Positions 50,735 through 53,991 of a stretch of 53,991 nucleotides of DNA are shown here, piece after piece. Both the position numbers and the translations under genes were made by a program. The notes under the pieces are model-generated. The model was not told the DNA's origin. It was given only the letters and a program-made list of their open reading frames with translations, and made no database searches. The stretch covers positions 43,729-97,719 of the forward strand of contig CAZGPK010000001.1 of the NCBI GenBank assembly GCA_964527115.1. Direction: 5' to 3'. This DNA is from an uncultured Gammaproteobacteria bacterium. Its GTDB lineage: Bacteria > Patescibacteriota > Microgenomatia > UBA12405 > CAZGPK01. Every line of letters starts with the position of its first letter. Position 1 is the stretch's first letter.

Positions 50735-52543
50735 ATGGCTTTAAGCGGGAAAGAGAAAAAATATATTAAGAAAAAGATTCGCCAAGAGTCTTTGGAAGAG
50801 ATTGCCAAAAATTTAAAGGTCGGAATAGAAGAGGTAGAGGAATACCTGAAAAACAAGTGGGGAGAGGAAAAATGGTTAGCCTTTCGGGGTAAAAGTCAGG
50901 ATTTAAGTTGGCAGGGTAGGGTAAGAAGCTTTAGCTTTAAAACTTGGCTTTTAAAAAATCAATTTCAGCTTTTGCTTATTTGTCTTTTAGTCTTGGGGTT
51001 TTATGCAAATAGCCTGGGAAATGCTTTTGTATCTGATGATATTGCTGGAATTCGAGATAATGTTTTAGTTGGAAATTGGAGACATGCCCTTTATTCGCCG
51101 CCGGCGGTTTTCTGGTCTAGTACTTTAGCTTTGATTACCAATGTTTTTGGTAAAACCCCAGTTTATTTTCGGCTTTTGAATATCTTTACCCATCTGGGAA
51201 CCTGTTTGACTCTTTACCTTATCTTGGACCTTTTGAAAAAGAAAAGAGTGGCGCTTATTGCTGCTTGCCTGGTAGCAGTTCATCCTCTTTTGGGAGAGGC
51301 AGTGGTCTGGATTTCTGGGGGGATTTATTCTCAGTATGCTTTTTTCTGCATCTTAAGTTTGCTTTTTTGGATTTTGGGAGAAAAGGATAAAAAGTTTTAT
51401 GGATTTTCCTTCTTTGCTTTGCTTTTGGGATTAATGTCTTCAGAGAAGGCAATGGCCTTTCCTTTTATCTTATTTGGATTTGAGCTGGCAGAGGGACGGC
51501 TCAAAAGAAACTGGAAATGGTTGATTGCTCCCTTCTTTTTGGGGCTTTTATGGGTGGGAATTTATTTTGGCCGGGTGGGACAAAGGATAGAGACTTTAGA
51601 GACGGTTCATTACCAAAGTGTGCAAAAAATGAATCCCTTGAAGGTGGTGCCAGTTGCCGTTAGTTCCTATCTTGAACTCGTGGCTTGGCCTAAGGGACTG
51701 ACGCTTTACCATACGGAAATGCATTTTACTCGGCTCCAGTTTATTTTTAGGATTTTGCTGTTTCTTGGATTTTTTTTGTTTTTGGGTTTGGCCTGGATGA
51801 AAAACCGAAGTGTTTTCTTTTGGGGGTCCTTTTTTATTCTTTCACTTTTGCCGGTTTTGACTCCTTTCGGCATTTCTTGGATTGTGGCGGAGCGCTATGT
51901 TTATCTGGGAACAATCGGGATTTTAACAATTCTGGCTATGGGATTAGATTGGGCAATGAAGATAAAAGGTTTGAAGACGCTGGCGATCTGGGGAACGATA
52001 TTGTTGGTTGTAGTATTTGGCTTTCGAACAGCGCTTAGAAATCAGGACTGGAAGAATGAGGATAGTTTGTGGGTGGCAGCGGCTAAGTATTCGCCAAGCA
52101 GTCCACAAAATCATAATAATTTGGGAGATATGTATGCCAGACAGGGAAACCTGGAAAAGTCGGCAGAAGAATTTAAGATAGCAATTCAACAGAAAGAAAA
52201 TTATGCTGATGCTTGGCATAATTTAGCTAATGTTTATGTGATGATGAAGGAAACTGATAAGGCAATAGAAACTTATCTTAAGGCATTAGAATTTAACCCC
52301 AATATTTGGCAATCACACCAAAATGTAGCAGCACTCTATTTTGGCCAACAAAAATATGCTTTGGCTGAAGAAAATTTGAAGAAGGCAATAGAGATAAATC
52401 CCGAGGATAGTAATCTCTATAGCAATTTAGGGATTGTCCTTGTCCAACAAGGAAAGATAGAGGAAGCTAAAAAATATTTGCAGAAAGCCCTGGAAATTAA
52501 TCCTCAAAACCAGAAGGCAATTGAAGTGTTATCCAATATCTAG
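50735..52543 (+). CDS. TMTC-like GT-C membrane protein with C-terminal TPRs (putative protein O-glycosyltransferase)
   Basis: Y.NSL...FV.DD loop, FRL.N...H, F.VHPL..EAV.WI, L.S.E.A, AERY.YL, T..RN.DW, then several TPRs. Start set at ATG 50735. Confidence 0.85.
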   Translation: MALSGKEKKYIKKKIRQESLEEIAKNLKVGIEEVEEYLKNKWGEEKWLAFRGKSQDLSWQGRVRSFSFKTWLLKNQFQLLLICLLVLGFYANSLGNAFVSDDIAGIRDNVLVGNWRHALYSPPAVFWSSTLALITNVFGKTPVYFRLLNIFTHLGTCLTLYLILDLLKKKRVALIAACLVAVHPLLGEAVVWISGGIYSQYAFFCILSLLFWILGEKDKKFYGFSFFALLLGLMSSEKAMAFPFILFGFELAEGRLKRNWKWLIAPFFLGLLWVGIYFGRVGQRIETLETVHYQSVQKMNPLKVVPVAVSSYLELVAWPKGLTLYHTEMHFTRLQFIFRILLFLGFFLFLGLAWMKNRSVFFWGSFFILSLLPVLTPFGISWIVAERYVYLGTIGILTILAMGLDWAMKIKGLKTLAIWGTILLVVVFGFRTALRNQDWKNEDSLWVAAAKYSPSSPQNHNNLGDMYARQGNLEKSAEEFKIAIQQKENYADAWHNLANVYVMMKETDKAIETYLKALEFNPNIWQSHQNVAALYFGQQKYALAEENLKKAIEINPEDSNLYSNLGIVLVQQGKIEEAKKYLQKALEINPQNQKAIEVLSNI

Positions 52544-52561
52544 GAGTTTTTAAAGGGGATT

Positions 52562-53593
52562 TTATAGCTTGCGAAGGGCTTTTTTGGCAAGAAGACCCTT
52601 GGTGAAAAAGAAAGCGTGGTTTAGGTGGGTGACAAGGGCGGTGCTAAAAAGAAGAAAGAAAAAGCGGGGTGATTTTTCCTGAAATGCAGGTGGTAGAGAA
52701 GAGAGGATAAGAATAGAAAGATAGAGAAAGCTTAAAGAAAGCCAAAGAGCAAGAAGAGGAAGAGAGAGAAAACAGAAAGAAAAAAGCTCAAGCAGGAGGA
52801 TTAGGGGTGGGGCAAGAAAGATAAAGAGAAAGAAGAAGGTAGGTAGAAAGTAAAGGGGGCGAAGAGAGGTTTTGGGTAGAAGGGCGACGAAGCGGCCTCG
52901 TTGAAAAGCATAGCGGCGGGCTTGGAGCAGGTGTTCCTTAAAAACGGCACGGCGGTGGTGGTAGACTAGAATCTCGGGATCGTAAATAATTTTTTTGCCA
53001 AGGTGGTAAGCCAGATCGTGGCAGAGTTTAGTATCTTCTCCGGGCCAAAACTGGGAATTAAAACCGCCGATTTTTTGAAAATCTTTTTGGCGTACTAAAA
53101 GATTAAAGCTTGGATAGTCATCAAGGGTAGTTTTAGGAGCGGAACGGGCACGGCGAGCGATGGAGGGGCTAACAAAGAGAGGACAGGACCAGAAATAGCC
53201 GGAGGCCTTCCGAGCAAGGCTATCCCCGGGTGGGGTGAGGCCGGGGCCGCAAAGAGCAGCTAGATTTTTTTGCAGGTGGTAGCAGGCGGCGTTTTTAAGC
53301 CAGGTGGGGGCAGGATAGGCGTCATCATCGATGAAGGCTAACCAATTCCCTTGAGCCAGGGCCGCTCCCTGATCTCTTTTGGCAGCGGGGCCTTTATCAG
53401 GTCCGGTGAGATAAAATTTGACAAATTCGGGTAAATTTTTGGGAGGTTTTTCTTTTTTATCGCTTATAATAATGAGTTCAAAATGAGGGTATGTTTGTTG
53501 GGAGAGAGCAGGGATAAGCTCTTGCAGGAAATAGCGATTTAAAGATCTGATTGGAACAATAATGGAAAAGAAAGGCTCTTTTTTAAAAGACAT
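52562..53593 (-). CDS. GT2 glycosyltransferase with C-terminal TM helices
   Basis: SIIVP, GPA.KR..G, AFIDDDA, GGF......GEDT..C, HHRR. Confidence 0.9.
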   Translation of the reverse strand: MSFKKEPFFSIIVPIRSLNRYFLQELIPALSQQTYPHFELIIISDKKEKPPKNLPEFVKFYLTGPDKGPAAKRDQGAALAQGNWLAFIDDDAYPAPTWLKNAACYHLQKNLAALCGPGLTPPGDSLARKASGYFWSCPLFVSPSIARRARSAPKTTLDDYPSFNLLVRQKDFQKIGGFNSQFWPGEDTKLCHDLAYHLGKKIIYDPEILVYHHRRAVFKEHLLQARRYAFQRGRFVALLPKTSLRPLYFLPTFFFLFIFLAPPLILLLELFSFCFLSLPLLALWLSLSFLYLSILILSSLPPAFQEKSPRFFFLLFSTALVTHLNHAFFFTKGLLAKKALRKL

Positions 53594-53991
53594 TAGCCGA
53601 TATTTACCCTAAAGTTTAAATCGGGGTCAAAACGCCATTTTCTTCTATTTCGATCATCGTAGTAGTGGAGGATTTTAAGCCGGTAGATGACGGCCAGAGT
53701 GTCCAGAAATATTTTTTTCATAGAGTTTATGGCGTGAGCATGGGTAAGATCAGTAAAATTGTAGCTTATTTTAATGGGGGCCTCAAAAATTCTGGTAAAG
53801 CCCAGGCGGCGGGCAACAGAGAGGATCTCCAGGTCAAAAGCATAGTGCTTGACCAAAAGACGGGGAAGAACTTTTTCCAGGACGGGACGGCGAAAAACTT
53901 TCAGACCGGCTTGGGGATCTCTGACATTAAGTCCAGTAAAAAATCTTACAAAAAGCTGATAAAGCAGGGAAAGAAAGCGGCGATTTAGGGG
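53593..53991 (-). CDS. C-terminal part of a DPM/DPG-synthase-like GT2 (5' end outside window)
   Basis: Frame open to the edge: PLNRRFLS..YQ.FVR..TGLNVRDPQAGLKVFRR..LEKVLP.L.VK.YAFDLEIL. Confidence 0.85.
   Translation of the reverse strand, partial: PLNRRFLSLLYQLFVRFFTGLNVRDPQAGLKVFRRPVLEKVLPRLLVKHYAFDLEILSVARRLGFTRIFEAPIKISYNFTDLTHAHAINSMKKIFLDTLAVIYRLKILHYYDDRNRRKWRFDPDLNFRVNIG

Noticed and set aside
50521-50856. Listed 111-aa ORF
   Set aside because: Its first 68 codons overlap the TMTC-like gene and promoter gap; only the part from ATG 50652 is real, as the 5' end of the interrupted methyltransferase.
227-53988. Dozens of short ORFs antisense or out of frame to long genes (e.g. 227..517, 1688..2044, 9842..10201, 16468..16809, 35635..35985, 53665..53988)
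   Set aside because: They lie wholly inside well-supported CDS, have no motifs, and are expected from the skewed composition.
1-53991. Alternative genetic code (TGA=Gly, code 25) to explain the broken genes
   Set aside because: TGA ends many full-length genes, often in ATGA overlaps (3274, 8818, 23650); the lesions are a TAA and a frameshift.

Overview
Gene-dense 54-kb bacterial window given over almost entirely to cell-surface glycan biosynthesis. The gene families, the dense 1-4 nt gene overlaps and the strong G>C skew on the + strand suggest a Patescibacteria/CPR (Microgenomates-like) genome; this taxonomy is inference. It holds about 55 CDS: many GT2/GT4 enzymes, about 8 GT-C-type membrane proteins (WaaL-like, ArnT/GT39-like x2, DUF2079, GT87-like, TMTC-like, two unassigned), rmlABCD, Wzm/Wzt, a WsaE-like methyltransferase/coiled-coil/2xGT2 protein, many SAM methyltransferases and two B12-binding radical SAM enzymes. 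Non-glycan passengers are an AbiEi/AbiEii type IV TA pair with a palindromic operator, a membrane-anchored thermonuclease and a NYN nuclease sitting between wzm and wzt. An AT-rich block with little GC skew (~23-38.4 kb) carries the most intriguing unit: TPR protein, a 1117-aa secreted CotH kinase with a second degenerate CotH domain and a beta-helix, a VTC polyphosphate-polymerase domain protein and a DUF4956 membrane protein. Three coding regions are missed or cut short by the ORF track: the DUF4956 C-terminus beyond an A7 frameshift, a 222-codon methyltransferase with one in-frame TAA, and the partial genes at the window edges. No rRNA, tRNA, CRISPR array, integrase or transposase was recognised. 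All family calls come from motif recognition by eye, not database searches.
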